Below, piece after piece: positions 49,627-60,190 of a stretch of DNA of 64,000 bases (the first letter of the stretch is position 1; each line of letters begins with the position of its first letter). A model generated the notes under the pieces. The model saw only the letters and a list, made by a program, of their open reading frames with translations, did not search any database and was not told the origin of the DNA. The DNA comes from Methanobacteriota archaeon (lineage in GTDB: Archaea; Thermoplasmatota; E2; DHVEG-1), in contig CAVYNH010000004.1 in NCBI GenBank assembly GCA_963769885.1, positions 224,001 through 288,000 on the forward strand, written 5' to 3'. The position numbers were made by a program, and so were the translations under genes.

Positions 49627-49884
49627 ATGGACCCCTACGCCATCGTCCTCTACCCCCACGTCACTGAGAAAACCATGATGCAGATGGAACAGAAGAACGC
49701 TCTCGAGTTCATCGTCCGACGCACCGCGGCAAAGGCGCAGATCAAGGCCGCCGTCGAAAAAATGTTCGACGTCAAAGTCAAGAGCGTCAACACCCGCATC
49801 ACCAAAATCGGCAAACACGCCACCGTCATCTTCATGCCAGAGTTCAAGGCAGAGGACATCGGCATGCGCATAGGAGTCTTCTAA
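49627..49884 (+). CDS. rpl23p: 50S ribosomal protein L23
   Basis: PHVTEK, NALEFIV, VNTRIT. Confidence 0.96.
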   Translation: MDPYAIVLYPHVTEKTMMQMEQKNALEFIVRRTAAKAQIKAAVEKMFDVKVKSVNTRITKIGKHATVIFMPEFKAEDIGMRIGVF

Positions 49885-49896
49885 AGAGGTGAACCC

Positions 49897-50604
49897 ATGG
49901 GAAAGAACCTGATCCAACAACGCCGAGGCCGCCACCGAGGCCGTTTCAACGTCCAATCCCACAAATTCCGCGGAGACATCAAGTACGGTAGCGACAAAGA
50001 AATGCACGGCACTGTGACCGAGATCATCCACGACCCGGGTCGCAGCGCTCCTATCGCCAGACTCCGACTCCCTGACAACAAGACGCTACAGATACTCGCC
50101 ACCGAGGGCATCTCGGTCGGACAAACGATTACGTTCACCAAGAGCCGGGCGGACGTCGAACCCGGCAACATCATGCCCATCGGGGTCGTCCCCGAGGGGT
50201 ACCCTATTTATGATATTGAGATCACCCCCGGCGACGGCGGCAAGCTCGTCCGCGCCGGCGGCAGCAGCGCGTCCATCATCTCCCATGACCCACGCCGCAC
50301 GATCGTCCGGCTGCCCTCCGGACAATTCAAGACCTTAGATTCCATGTGTCGGGCGACCATCGGGGTACCCGCCGGCGGCGGACGTCCCGAGAAGCCGTTC
50401 ATGAAAGCAGGCAAAAAATACTGGGCGCGCCGGCCCAAGGGTAGACAATACCCCATCGTCCGTGGCATCGCCATGAACCCTGTGGACCACCCCCATGGTG
50501 GTGGAAGCCACCAGCACGTCGGCAAACCCAGCTCAGTCTCCCGTGGCGCGCCCCCGGGCCGAAAAGTCGGGAACATAGCGCCTCGCCGGACCGGACGGAG
50601 GTAG
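49897..50604 (+). CDS. rpl2p: 50S ribosomal protein L2
   Basis: HDPGRSAP, AMNPVDHPHGGG. Confidence 0.97.
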   Translation: MGKNLIQQRRGRHRGRFNVQSHKFRGDIKYGSDKEMHGTVTEIIHDPGRSAPIARLRLPDNKTLQILATEGISVGQTITFTKSRADVEPGNIMPIGVVPEGYPIYDIEITPGDGGKLVRAGGSSASIISHDPRRTIVRLPSGQFKTLDSMCRATIGVPAGGGRPEKPFMKAGKKYWARRPKGRQYPIVRGIAMNPVDHPHGGGSHQHVGKPSSVSRGAPPGRKVGNIAPRRTGRR

Positions 50605-50611
50605 ATGACTC

Positions 50612-51043
50612 ATGGTTGACATGAAACGCCGCAAGGATCGCAAGAAGATCGAAGTCCGGAAAAAGGAATTCCGCTACTACGGGCTGTCTTTGGAGGAGCT
50701 GCAGAAGCTCACTTTGGAGGAGCTGATGCCGCTGCTGCCGTCGCGAATCCGCCGGACATTCAAACGCGGATTGACCTACGAGCAGAACAAACTGCTCGAG
50801 GACATCAAGAACACCCCGCATGATGTGGTCGTCAAAACCCACAGCCGGGACATGCCGATCCTGCCGTCGTTCATCGGCCGCAACATCCAGGTACACAACG
50901 GCAAGGAGTTCGAGCGGATCAACATCCAACCGCAGATGGTCGGCCATTACCTCGGCGAGTTCGCCCTCACCCGCAAGAAGGTGAAGCACACCGGACCAGG
51001 TGTGGGTGCGACGAGAGGATCCAAGTTCATGCCATTGAAGTGA
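50612..51043 (+). CDS. rps19p: 30S ribosomal protein S19
   Basis: KTHSRDM, MVGHYLGEF, GATRGSKFMPLK. Confidence 0.97.
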   Translation: MVDMKRRKDRKKIEVRKKEFRYYGLSLEELQKLTLEELMPLLPSRIRRTFKRGLTYEQNKLLEDIKNTPHDVVVKTHSRDMPILPSFIGRNIQVHNGKEFERINIQPQMVGHYLGEFALTRKKVKHTGPGVGATRGSKFMPLK

Positions 51044-51049
51044 TGAGCC

Positions 51050-51496
51050 ATGCGCAGATATCAACAGGAGTTAAATCCGGAGAAGAGCGCCAAGGCGTTC
51101 GGCTTTGAGCTGCACTGCTCCCCCAAGGATTCCATGAACCTGGCGTACGCGCTGCGTGGGCTGACGCTGGAAGAGGGCAAGAAGTACCTCGAGAACGTCA
51201 TCGCCCTGAAGCAGCCCGTGCCTGCGGTGTACCACAAGCGCAAGATCCACCATCAGAAGGGCGCCGGCCCGGCGAACTTCCCGGAGAAGGCGGCTCGGTA
51301 CATGCTGAAGATCCTGGAGAACGCGGAGAACAACGCGGAGTACAAGGGGTTCACTCCGGAGACCATGCGCATCACTCACATCTCGGCCTACCAAGGCCGG
51401 GTCATCAAGGCGATCATGCCGCGTGCCCATGGCCGCGGGACGGACAGCAACGAGACAACGACTGATGTTGAAATCATCCTCGAAGAGGTAGAATAA
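51050..51496 (+). CDS. rpl22p: 50S ribosomal protein L22
   Basis: FPEKAA, NAENNAEYKG, PRAHGR. Confidence 0.96.
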   Translation: MRRYQQELNPEKSAKAFGFELHCSPKDSMNLAYALRGLTLEEGKKYLENVIALKQPVPAVYHKRKIHHQKGAGPANFPEKAARYMLKILENAENNAEYKGFTPETMRITHISAYQGRVIKAIMPRAHGRGTDSNETTTDVEIILEEVE

Positions 51497-52468
51497 ATGG
51501 CCAATGAACGCAAGTTTATCAGAGAGAACGCCAAGCGATCCCTCATCAAGCGGTTCCTCATCAAAGAAATCGAAGGTGCCGGCTTCGGCGGGATGAGCAT
51601 CCAGCGGACCCCGATCGGGACCCGCGTGAACATCCTCGTCGAACGTCCCGGCATGGTCATCGGCAAGAGCGGCGCGAAGATCCGGGAGCTGACCGAATCG
51701 ATCCGCGTCAAGTTCAACGTCGATAACCCTCAGATCGAGATCCAGGAGGCGGGGTCGAGCGCATCTCTCAACGCCCAGATCATGGCGGAGAAACTTGCGG
51801 AGGCATTGGAACGCGGCTGGCATTTCCGCCGCGCAGGCCACTCAACCGTCCGGCGCATCATGCAGTCCGGCGCGAAAGGCTGCCAGGTCATCATCTCCGG
51901 CAAGCTCACCGGCGAGCGGCACCGCACCGAGAAGTTCACCGAAGGCCACGTGAAGTACTGCGGTGAGACCGCCAAACAAATCATGGACATCGGCTTCGCA
52001 GTCGCCAAGCTCAAGCCCGGCGTGCTGGGCGTCAAGGTCCGCATCATGCGGCCCGACGCGCGCCTGCCGGACGACATCAAGATCACCATCCCCACGGCGC
52101 CTCCAGCGGCGCCCGCTGCAGCCGCGACTCCGGCGGCACCCGAGGCTCCCGCTCCAGCAGAAACACCAGTCGAGCCTGCCCCCGAGGTCGCTGCCGAACT
52201 CCGACAGCAGGCGGAGGAGAAACCCCCCGTTGAGGCCGAGATGGACGCCGAGAAGAAGACCCCGATCTCGGAGATTACCAAGATCCCCGGCATCGGCCCC
52301 TCCATCGTCAAACGGCTGGAGGCCGCGAAGATCTCCTCGCTGGAGGAACTCATGAGCATGGACCTCGACGACCTGCTCGCGATCGAGGGCATCGGCCAGA
52401 GGACGGCCGAGAATCTCGTCAAACACCTTAAAAAACTCATCGAGGAAGGTGACGTGAATGGTCCTTAA
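51497..52468 (+). CDS. rps3p: 30S ribosomal protein S3 with Ala/Pro linker and C-terminal HhH domain
   Basis: RPGMVIG, FRRAG, ISGKLTGER; tail KIPGIG..AIEGIG. Confidence 0.96.
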   Translation: MANERKFIRENAKRSLIKRFLIKEIEGAGFGGMSIQRTPIGTRVNILVERPGMVIGKSGAKIRELTESIRVKFNVDNPQIEIQEAGSSASLNAQIMAEKLAEALERGWHFRRAGHSTVRRIMQSGAKGCQVIISGKLTGERHRTEKFTEGHVKYCGETAKQIMDIGFAVAKLKPGVLGVKVRIMRPDARLPDDIKITIPTAPPAAPAAAATPAAPEAPAPAETPVEPAPEVAAELRQQAEEKPPVEAEMDAEKKTPISEITKIPGIGPSIVKRLEAAKISSLEELMSMDLDDLLAIEGIGQRTAENLVKHLKKLIEEGDVNGP

Positions 52469-52667
52469 GGCTAAAGAAATCCGCGGCATGTCTGCCGACG
52501 ACCGGCAGAAGAAGCTGCGGGAACTCCGAGAAGACCTGATGCATGAACGCGGGATGTCCGCCATGGGAGGGTCCACCCCGTCCCCCGGTAAGATCCGGCA
52601 GCTCCGGATGACAATCGCACGTATCCTGACGGTCATGCGGGAGGAAGGAGAACTCAAAAATGAGTGA
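52458..52667 (+). CDS. rpl29p: 50S ribosomal protein L29
   Basis: LKAKEIR..PGKIRQLRMTIARILT. Confidence 0.95.
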   Translation: MVLKAKEIRGMSADDRQKKLRELREDLMHERGMSAMGGSTPSPGKIRQLRMTIARILTVMREEGELKNE

Positions 52668-52959
52668 TATCTGCCCGAAATGCGGTCTCCCCAAGGAGAT
52701 CTGTGTCTGCGAAGAAATCGCCCGTGAACAGCAGAACATCACGATTGCTGTTGACAAGCGGCGATATGGAAAGACGATGACCGTCGTGGACGGCCTCAAC
52801 CCCCACGACCTGGACATGAGCGCGCTGGTCAGTAACCTGAAGTCCATCTGCGCCTGCGGCGGGACCATCAAGGATGGTAAAATCGAGCTGCAGGGCGACC
52901 ACCGGGCCAAGGTGCGGCAGGCGCTCGAGAAGCTCGGCTTCATCGTCGAAGTCCAGTAA
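52660..52959 (+). CDS. Translation initiation factor aIF-1 (SUI1)
   Basis: CPKCGLP, RRYGK, CACGGT, IELQGDH. Confidence 0.95.
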   Translation: MSDICPKCGLPKEICVCEEIAREQQNITIAVDKRRYGKTMTVVDGLNPHDLDMSALVSNLKSICACGGTIKDGKIELQGDHRAKVRQALEKLGFIVEVQ

Positions 52960-53007
52960 ACATCCAGACCACCAAACTTCCTGCGTGAAGAACCGCCTCG
53001 AGGGATC

Positions 53008-53271
53008 ATGGATCACGACCCCGTCCTATGCGACGAATGGATCGGACGCGCCGTCACCATCGTCGCCTGCACCGACCCGACCTGGGTCGGACGCACCGGG
53101 GTCATCGTCGATGAGACAAAGAACACCTTCCTCATCGACATCGGCGGTGGCCGACGGCGCATCGCCAAACACACCGCGACCTTCCAACTCATGGTCGACA
53201 ACCGAACAATCAACATCAACGGAGCCCTCCTGCGGCATAGGCCGGAGGAGAGAATCAAACGACTAAGGTGA
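53008..53271 (+). CDS. rnp1: RNase P protein component 1 (Rpp29)
   Basis: GVIVDETKNT, RPEERIK. Confidence 0.92.
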   Translation: MDHDPVLCDEWIGRAVTIVACTDPTWVGRTGVIVDETKNTFLIDIGGGRRRIAKHTATFQLMVDNRTININGALLRHRPEERIKRLR

Positions 53272-53612
53272 ACGTCTTGGCAGAAGGAAAACAGCCACGA
53301 GACATAGGCTTAAACGTCAAAGCACCCAGCGAGAGCTGTGCCGACCGGGACTGCCCGTTCCATGGGGTCCTGCCGGTGCGCGGTCAGGTCCTGACCGGGG
53401 TGGTGGTCTCCACGAAACGGCACGGGACCATCGCCGTGCAGCGAGAATTCCAACATTTCATAAAGAAGTACGAACGGTATGAGAAACGGACGTCCATGTA
53501 CCACGCCCACTGCCCCCCCTGCATGAAGATCGGTATCGGGGATCAGGTGCGGATTGCGGAGTGCCGGCCACTCAGTAAGACCGTCTCGTTTGTAGCGGTG
53601 GAAAAACTATAA
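53268..53612 (+). CDS. rps17p: 30S ribosomal protein S17
   Basis: DCPFHG, KYERYEKR, ECRPLSKT. Confidence 0.96.
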   Translation: MNVLAEGKQPRDIGLNVKAPSESCADRDCPFHGVLPVRGQVLTGVVVSTKRHGTIAVQREFQHFIKKYERYEKRTSMYHAHCPPCMKIGIGDQVRIAECRPLSKTVSFVAVEKL

Positions 53613-53628
53613 ATCAAGGTGAACGGAC

Positions 53629-54027
53629 ATGAAAGGAATCGCGGGAAGAGTCATGCGGGGGCTGCCTGTGGGCGCCCGGATGAATTGCATCGACAACACT
53701 GGTGCGAAGGTCGTGCAGATTATCATGACGCTGAAGACCAAGGGTGTGCACCGGCGTACGCCGTCGGCGGGCGTCGGCGATATGGTCATCGTGAGCGTCA
53801 AGAAGGGCGCGACCGACATGAAACGTCAGATTCTCAAGGCCGTGATTGTCCGGCAGCGTCGGCCGTACCGTCGACCGGATGGGCTGATGGTCCAGTTCGA
53901 GGATAATGCCGCGGTGCTCATGACGGATACTGGTGAGACGAAGGGGACCATGATCAAGGGTCCTGTTGCGGTAGAAGCCGCGGAACGCTGGCCAAAGATT
54001 GCCGCATTGGCGGCGACCATCCTGTAA
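53629..54027 (+). CDS. rpl14p: 50S ribosomal protein L14
   Basis: DNTGAK, FEDNAAV, KGPVA. Confidence 0.97.
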   Translation: MKGIAGRVMRGLPVGARMNCIDNTGAKVVQIIMTLKTKGVHRRTPSAGVGDMVIVSVKKGATDMKRQILKAVIVRQRRPYRRPDGLMVQFEDNAAVLMTDTGETKGTMIKGPVAVEAAERWPKIAALAATIL

Positions 54028-54044
54028 GTTCGAGTTGAAGTCCT

Positions 54045-54728
54045 ATGACGACGATTAAAGCACGCAAACAACGATTGCAGCTGTATAATGCGCCGATCCA
54101 CCGGAAGCGGAAGTGGATCTCCTCGCATTTGACGGAGAACCTGCTGTTGAAGTACGACCGGCGTAGCGTCCCGGTCATCAAGGGTGACACCGTGAAGGTC
54201 ATGCGCGGCAGCTACAAGGGCCATGAAGATAAGGTGGCACAGGTCAACGTCCGTGACATGACGGTCAACGTCGAAGGCGTCATCGTCTCCAAGGCGAAGG
54301 GCGACAAGGTGGCGAAACCACTACCCGCCAGTAACCTGATGATTACCAAGCTGAATCTGACAGATAAATGGCGACGCCGGAAGCTGGAGTCCAAGCTGTC
54401 TGAGGCCGCGAAGAAGGAAGTCGAAAAAGAGGCCGAGGAGCAGATTAAGGCCCGCGAAGAAGAGCTCAAGGCCGCGGAACGTGCGAAGGAAGAAGCGGAG
54501 CGTGCCGCCAAGGCCGTCGAAGAGGCGGAAGAAGCCCCCACTGAGACTCCTGTTGAAGAGCCGGCCCCAGAGGCGGCTGAGGAAGAGGCCGCGCCGACCG
54601 CCGGGCCGGGAACACCCGCTGAGCCGACGCCGGCTGCTGAGAAGCCTGCCAAGGAGGAAGGCGAGGCGAAGAAGGTACCCGCGAAGAAGCCGACTCCCAA
54701 GCCGAAGAAAGAGGAGGGTGAAGCATGA
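54045..54728 (+). CDS. rpl24p: 50S ribosomal protein L24 with long E/A/P/K tail
   Basis: KQR..YNAP, KGDTVKVMRG, SNLMITKL. Confidence 0.95.
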   Translation: MTTIKARKQRLQLYNAPIHRKRKWISSHLTENLLLKYDRRSVPVIKGDTVKVMRGSYKGHEDKVAQVNVRDMTVNVEGVIVSKAKGDKVAKPLPASNLMITKLNLTDKWRRRKLESKLSEAAKKEVEKEAEEQIKAREEELKAAERAKEEAERAAKAVEEAEEAPTETPVEEPAPEAAEEEAAPTAGPGTPAEPTPAAEKPAKEEGEAKKVPAKKPTPKPKKEEGEA

Positions 54729-55441
54729 GCAAGCACCTGAAACGCTTAGCAGCACCTCGTGTGCTGAAGATTCCCCGAAAGGAGAAGCCGTGGATGATCC
54801 GGCCGTCCCCCGGGCCGCATCCCTTAGAGTATTCCATTCCCTTCGGCATCATCGTCCGAGACTACCTGCACCTCTGCGACTCATACAAGGAGGCGCGACG
54901 AATCATCTCCAACGGAGACGTCCTCGTTGATGGGCGGCCGCGCAAGGAGCACCAGTACCCCTGCGGGCTGATGGATGTCGTCTCGATTCCCAAGATGCAG
55001 CGCAATTTCCGGATCCTCTATGACCGCAAGGGCCGACTCGTCCTGGCGCCGATCGATGAGATCGACGCGGGCTGGAAGCTGTGCCGGATCACCAACAAGA
55101 CGACGGTGCATGGCCGGCGGACCCAGTTGAACTTCCATGACGGCCACAACATGCTCGTCGACAAGGACGAGTTCAAGACCGGCGATGTCCTGAAGATCAT
55201 GTTCAAAGACAACGCCATCGGTGAGGTCTACAAGTTCGACAAGGGGACCGTGTCCCTGATCACCGGCGGCAGCCACGTGGGCGAAATCGCCAACATCGAG
55301 GACATCCAGATCGTGCCGTCATCAAAGCCGAACCTCGCGAAGATGAAGGGCGAGGTGGAGTTCTCCACCATCGTCGACTACGTATTCCCTATTGGCAAGA
55401 CCAAACCCGGCATCACACTGCCTGAGGTGACCATCGCATGA
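54725..55441 (+). CDS. rps4e: 30S ribosomal protein S4e
   Basis: HLKRLAAP, PGPH, GLMDVVSI. Confidence 0.97.
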   Translation: MSKHLKRLAAPRVLKIPRKEKPWMIRPSPGPHPLEYSIPFGIIVRDYLHLCDSYKEARRIISNGDVLVDGRPRKEHQYPCGLMDVVSIPKMQRNFRILYDRKGRLVLAPIDEIDAGWKLCRITNKTTVHGRRTQLNFHDGHNMLVDKDEFKTGDVLKIMFKDNAIGEVYKFDKGTVSLITGGSHVGEIANIEDIQIVPSSKPNLAKMKGEVEFSTIVDYVFPIGKTKPGITLPEVTIA

Positions 55442-55992
55442 GCCCAGAGCATCACAAGAAAAAGAAGAAATCCATCGTGCCGCAGAACCCGATCCGCGAG
55501 CCGCGCATCGCCAAGATCACGGTGAACATCGGGGTCGGCGAGGCCGGCGAGAAGCTCAAGAAAGCGGAGTCCGTGCTGCAGGGCGTCACCGGGCAGAAGC
55601 CGGTGCAGACACTGTCGAAGTCTACGATCAAGGACTGGGGCATCCGCAAGCTGATGCCGCTCGGCTGCAAGGTCACCTTGCGCAACAAGACCGCGGAGAA
55701 ATTCCTCATCGCGGCCTTCAAGATCCGGGAGAACCGGCTCGCCGCGTACTCCATCGACGACCAGGGGAACTTCTCCTTCGGCATCCCCGACCACACCCTC
55801 TTCGAAGGCCAGAAGTACGACCCTAACGTCGGCATCTTTGGCATGGACATCTGCGTCAGCATGAAACGCGCCGGGTACCGCATTAAAGACCGCCGCGTCA
55901 ACCGACGCAAGATCCCCTCCCGCAACGCGATCCCCGTCGAGGACACCGCTAAGTTCCTCGTTGACAAGTTCAAAGTCGAGGTGGTCGAATGA
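55438..55992 (+). CDS. rpl5p: 50S ribosomal protein L5
   Basis: [23 protein letters not shown]. Confidence 0.97.
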   Translation: MSPEHHKKKKKSIVPQNPIREPRIAKITVNIGVGEAGEKLKKAESVLQGVTGQKPVQTLSKSTIKDWGIRKLMPLGCKVTLRNKTAEKFLIAAFKIRENRLAAYSIDDQGNFSFGIPDHTLFEGQKYDPNVGIFGMDICVSMKRAGYRIKDRRVNRRKIPSRNAIPVEDTAKFLVDKFKVEVVE

Positions 55993-56144
55993 GGATCAAA
56001 GAACGAAAGAAGGTCTACGGTCGCAAGGTCGGCTGCGAGCAATGTGGCAGGAAACGCGGACTCATCCGCCGCTTCGGCCTGCACCTCTGCCGACAGTGCT
56101 TCCGGGACCGAGCCGAAGAAATCGGATTCAAAAAATACGACTAA
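55989..56144 (+). CDS. rps14p: 30S ribosomal protein S14 (Zn type)
   Basis: Hand translation: [31 protein letters not shown]. Confidence 0.95.
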   Translation: MRIKERKKVYGRKVGCEQCGRKRGLIRRFGLHLCRQCFRDRAEEIGFKKYD

Positions 56145-56162
56145 GAGGGAGACGAAGAAACC

Positions 56163-56552
56163 ATGTTAAACAACCCACTGGCCGACGCCCTCTCTACCAT
56201 CAAGAACGCAGAGCTGCGAGGCATGGAGAACTGCATGATTCAGCCCTCCTCCAAGCTCATCGGCGGTATCCTCACCCTGCTCAAAGAGAAAGGCTTCGTC
56301 GGCAACTTCGAATTCATCGACGACGGCAAATCCGGCCTATTCAAAGTCGACCTTATCGGCAACATCAACAACTGCGGGGTCATCAAACCCCGATACCCCA
56401 TCAAACTGCGCGAAATGGAGAAATGGGAGGCCCGCTACCTGCCCGCCCGCGACTTCGGCGTCCTCATCCTTACCACCACCGAGGGCGTCATTAGCCACGA
56501 CGAGGCACGCAAGAAAGGCATCGGCGGCAAACTCCTCGCCTACGTGTATTAA
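56163..56552 (+). CDS. rps8p: 30S ribosomal protein S8
   Basis: INNCGVIKPR, YLPA, GGKLLAYVY. Confidence 0.97.
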   Translation: MLNNPLADALSTIKNAELRGMENCMIQPSSKLIGGILTLLKEKGFVGNFEFIDDGKSGLFKVDLIGNINNCGVIKPRYPIKLREMEKWEARYLPARDFGVLILTTTEGVISHDEARKKGIGGKLLAYVY

Positions 56553-56567
56553 GGGAGGTCATCCAGA

Positions 56568-57107
56568 ATGGCAGACACACCTATCACCAAAGAAGAAGTC
56601 AAGGTCCCCTCCGGCGTTACGGTCACCAAGACCGGCACCATCCTGGAGGTTAAAGGCCCCAAGGGCACGCTCTCTAAAGACTTCCCCAACCCCCTCATGC
56701 AGGTCACCATCACCAGCGATTTTATCGAGATCGTCTGCACCAGCGTCGCCCATAAGGCCGAAAAAGCACTCATAGGCACCTACAAGGCCCACCTCCGCAA
56801 CATGATCAAAGGCGTCACCACCGGCTACCAGTACACCATGAAGACCGTCTACAGCCACTTCCCCATCAAGACCAGCGTCGAAGGCGACCAGTTCGTCATC
56901 CAAAACTTCCTCGGCGAACGCTTCCCCCGCAAAGCCCAGATCCTCCCCGGCGTCAAAGTCGACGTCAAAGGAGACGCCATCACCATCTCCGGAATAGACA
57001 AAGAGACAGTCGGACAGACCACGGCCAACATCGAACGCGCCACCCGCGTCCGCAACCGCGACATTCGCGTCTTCCAAGACGGCGTCTACACCGTCACACG
57101 GAGCTAA
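56568..57107 (+). CDS. rpl6p: 50S ribosomal protein L6
   Basis: GPKG, YSHFP, NFLGE, RVFQDGVY. Confidence 0.97.
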   Translation: MADTPITKEEVKVPSGVTVTKTGTILEVKGPKGTLSKDFPNPLMQVTITSDFIEIVCTSVAHKAEKALIGTYKAHLRNMIKGVTTGYQYTMKTVYSHFPIKTSVEGDQFVIQNFLGERFPRKAQILPGVKVDVKGDAITISGIDKETVGQTTANIERATRVRNRDIRVFQDGVYTVTRS

Positions 57108-57111
57108 AACC

Positions 57112-57831
57112 ATGGCAACCAAAGCAAACGTCCTCAAAGAATTCCAAACCCTCAAGGGCATCGGCAAAACCAAGGCCGAAAACCTCTACAACCACGGCTA
57201 CACCAGCATGGAGAAGCTCCGAAAGGCCTCCAAGGCAGACCTCGCCAAAGTCAAAGGCATGACAACCAAAACCGCCGGCGAGCTCCACGCCATACTCCAC
57301 GAGAAGAAACCGGCGAAAAAGCCCGCGAAGAAACCAGAAGAAAAACCCGAAGAAGGAGCACCCAAGAAAAAACCAACCCCAGAGACCGCCGGCACCAAAA
57401 TTGTCGAACCCGGCGAGAAAACCTACACCCCAAAAATAAAACCCATGCTCACCCCCAACGAACAACGCCAACTCACCATCCGCCGACAGATCAAAGACCG
57501 CACCCCCTACTTCCTCCGAGCCGAAGGCTTCCGCTACAAACGCATCCCGAAAAACTGGCGCCGACCAACCGGATACACCGGCAAACTCCGCATCAACCTC
57601 GGCTACCGACCCAGCAAAGTCCGCGTCGGCTTCAGCGGCCCACGCGACGTTCGTGGCCGCCACTCCTCCGGCTTCCAAGAGGTCCCCGTCAACACCGTCA
57701 AAGACCTTGACGCCATCGACCCCAAGACCCAGGCTGCACGCATCGGCAGCACCGTCGGCACCAAAAAACGCCTGCTAATCGCCAAACGCGCCGACGAACT
57801 CAAAATCAGACTCCTCAACTTCAAGAGGTAA
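57112..57831 (+). CDS. rpl32e: 50S ribosomal protein L32e with N-terminal HhH domain
   Basis: LKGIG..VKGM N-terminal domain; FLR..WRRPTG, RGRHSSG core. Confidence 0.95.
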   Translation: MATKANVLKEFQTLKGIGKTKAENLYNHGYTSMEKLRKASKADLAKVKGMTTKTAGELHAILHEKKPAKKPAKKPEEKPEEGAPKKKPTPETAGTKIVEPGEKTYTPKIKPMLTPNEQRQLTIRRQIKDRTPYFLRAEGFRYKRIPKNWRRPTGYTGKLRINLGYRPSKVRVGFSGPRDVRGRHSSGFQEVPVNTVKDLDAIDPKTQAARIGSTVGTKKRLLIAKRADELKIRLLNFKR

Positions 57832-57837
57832 GGCACC

Positions 57838-58302
57838 ATGACCGACCTACGAAACCAACGCCGCATGGCCGCAGACCTACTCAAATGCGGCGAGAACCGC
57901 GTCTGGATGGACCCCGACCGCCTCGAAGAAATCGCCAAGGCCGTCACCCGCGGCGACGTCGCCATCCTCATCAACGGCGGCGCCATCACCAGCAAACAGA
58001 CCCACGGCATCTCCAACGCCCGCAAAAAATACAACCAGGCGCAACGCCGCAAAGGACGACGCACCGGCCAGGGCAGCCGCAAAGGCTCCAAACACGCCCG
58101 GCTCCCCCGCAAGGACCAATGGATCCGCACCATCCGACCCATCCGTGCCTACCTCAGACAACTCCGCGACGACAAGATTCTCGACGCCCACCGCTACCGC
58201 GACTACTATAAGAAAGCCAAGGGCGGCACCTTCCGCAACAAACAACACCTCAAAACACACCTCCAATCTGACGGCATTCAACTCAAGGAGGAAAAACAAT
58301 GA
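57838..58302 (+). CDS. rpl19e: 50S ribosomal protein L19e
   Basis: QRRMAA..RVWMDP, GSRKG, KAKGG. Confidence 0.97.
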   Translation: MTDLRNQRRMAADLLKCGENRVWMDPDRLEEIAKAVTRGDVAILINGGAITSKQTHGISNARKKYNQAQRRKGRRTGQGSRKGSKHARLPRKDQWIRTIRPIRAYLRQLRDDKILDAHRYRDYYKKAKGGTFRNKQHLKTHLQSDGIQLKEEKQ

Positions 58303-58808
58303 AACCAGGGCCACGCTATCACGTCAAACCGCGCCGGCACCGCCAGCGCAAGACCGACTACCACCGCAGACTCCGCCTCCTCCGCTCCAAGAAGACCCGA
58401 ATCGTCGTCCGATGGTCCCTGCAGAACATCCGCGTCCAGTTCATTGACTTCACCGAGCAAGGCGACGCCGTGGTCGCTTCGGCCATCAGCAGCGAGCTGA
58501 AAGGCACCTACCAGTGGAAATACTCCGCTGATTCTACCCCTGCCGCGTACCTCACCGGCCTGCTCGCCGGCGTACGTGCCAAGAAGAATGGCGTTGAGGA
58601 AGGAATTCTTGACATCGGGCTTTATCATCCGACTAAGGGGAGTCGCGTCTTCGCCGCCCTCAAAGGCGTCCTGGACGCCGGCGTCGTCTGCCCCCATGAC
58701 GAGGAGATGCTGCCGGGCAAAGACCGGCTGGTCGGCGCGCACCTCACCAAGGACATGAAGCCGCTCATTGATGACATTCATAAGAAAATCACAGGAGGCA
58801 ATATCTAA
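58299..58808 (+). CDS. rpl18p: 50S ribosomal protein L18
   Basis: KTDY..RLRLL, AAYLTG, LDIGL. Confidence 0.96.
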   Translation: MKPGPRYHVKPRRHRQRKTDYHRRLRLLRSKKTRIVVRWSLQNIRVQFIDFTEQGDAVVASAISSELKGTYQWKYSADSTPAAYLTGLLAGVRAKKNGVEEGILDIGLYHPTKGSRVFAALKGVLDAGVVCPHDEEMLPGKDRLVGAHLTKDMKPLIDDIHKKITGGNI

Positions 58809-59626
58809 TGCCAGGACCTCAACGTGGCGGCCCCCGGGGCCGCGGCGGAGGCGGGGATCGTGGGAGACCACGCCGCCGACGTCAGTTCGACGATGAAGAG
58901 AAGACACCCTTGATGTGGCAGCCAAAGACTCGGCTCGGCCGCATGGTCAAGATCGGTGAAATCACCACCATGAGTGATGCGCTCAAGACCGGGCTGCCGC
59001 TCCGCGAGCCTGAGGTCGTGGACATCCTTCTGCCCGATGTCGTTGACGAGGTCATCGACGTGAAAATGGTGCAGCGGATGACTGACTCCGGCAGGCGTGT
59101 GAAGTTCGTGATTACGGTCGCCGTCGGGAACAGCAATGGCTTCGTGGGCCTCGGTCAGGCGAAGGGTAAGGAAGTCGGTATGAGCATCAAGCGGGCGATC
59201 GAGAATGCGAAGCTGAACATCATCGAGATCCGCCGTGGCTGCGGGTCCTGGGAGTGCCGCTGTGGCACCCCGCATACCATCCCGTTCCAGGTGACCGGGA
59301 AGAGCGGATCCGTGGAGGTCACGTTCAAGCCGGCGCCGCGCGGCATCGGGCTTGCTACCGGTGATGTGGCGAAAAAGATCCTTAAGCTGGCCGGCGTTGC
59401 GGACTGTTGGGGGTTTACGGAGGGCAAGACCAAGACGGTGGTCAATTACGCCAAGGCCGTGTATGATGCGCTGATGAAGAACGCGGAGACACGTATCACG
59501 TCGTCTGAGATTACCAAGTTGGGCATCCTGCAGGGCAGTATCACTGCGGCGCCTCCTGCGCCGATGGCGGCTCCGGCTGACGCGTCGGGGCCTGGTCCTG
59601 CGCCTGTTGCGCAACCGGAGGGCTAA
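58808..59626 (+). CDS. rps5p: 30S ribosomal protein S5
   Basis: [32 protein letters not shown]. Confidence 0.97.
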   Translation: MPGPQRGGPRGRGGGGDRGRPRRRRQFDDEEKTPLMWQPKTRLGRMVKIGEITTMSDALKTGLPLREPEVVDILLPDVVDEVIDVKMVQRMTDSGRRVKFVITVAVGNSNGFVGLGQAKGKEVGMSIKRAIENAKLNIIEIRRGCGSWECRCGTPHTIPFQVTGKSGSVEVTFKPAPRGIGLATGDVAKKILKLAGVADCWGFTEGKTKTVVNYAKAVYDALMKNAETRITSSEITKLGILQGSITAAPPAPMAAPADASGPGPAPVAQPEG

Positions 59627-59629
59627 GTC

Positions 59630-60091
59630 ATGTTCGCCGTTGTTCGAGTGCGGGGGACGGTCAACGTTAACCCCGATGTGAAGCGCACGCTGCAGCTGTT
59701 GCGGCTCTCGCGGACCAATCACTGCGTCTTGGTCGAGGAGAACCCGGTATCGAAGGGTATGTTGCAGATTGTGAAGGATTACGTGACCTGGGGGGAGATT
59801 GATAAGGAGACCCTTGTGGCGTTAATCAAGAAGCGCGGGATGTTGATGGGTGATGCGCCGGTCACGGATGATTCCCTAAAGACGTCAACGCCGTTTTCGA
59901 CCGTGGAGAAGCTGGCGGAGGCGCTGCTTGCCAAGAAGTTCGTGTATCGTGATATCCCTGAGGTCAAGCCACTGTTCCGGTTGAATCCTCCGAAGCAGGG
60001 GTATCGGACGGTGAAGCGGTCGTTCCAGAACAAGGGCTCGCTTGGGTACCGTAAGGACGCGATCAACAAGTTAATCCAACGCATGTTATAA
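59630..60091 (+). CDS. rpl30p: 50S ribosomal protein L30
   Basis: AVVRVRG, YVTWGE, FRLNPP, LIQRML. Confidence 0.96.
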   Translation: MFAVVRVRGTVNVNPDVKRTLQLLRLSRTNHCVLVEENPVSKGMLQIVKDYVTWGEIDKETLVALIKKRGMLMGDAPVTDDSLKTSTPFSTVEKLAEALLAKKFVYRDIPEVKPLFRLNPPKQGYRTVKRSFQNKGSLGYRKDAINKLIQRML

Positions 60092-60099
60092 TTTCTTTT

Positions 60100-60130
60100 T
60101 CGGCGTGCGCCGATTTTTTTTCTTTTTTTC
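60100..60130 (+). terminator. Hairpin plus oligo-T terminator of the r-protein operon
   Basis: TCGGC-GTGC-GCCGA followed by long T-runs. Confidence 0.6.
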
Positions 60131-60190
60131 CACAACATTCTTATAGTGAGTCTATTTATCGGGTTTTGAGAGAAAGAGGGTGTATTGGTT

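Noticed and set aside
47766-59722. Minus-strand ORFs across the r-protein operon
   Set aside because: Antisense shadows of well-identified ribosomal protein genes.
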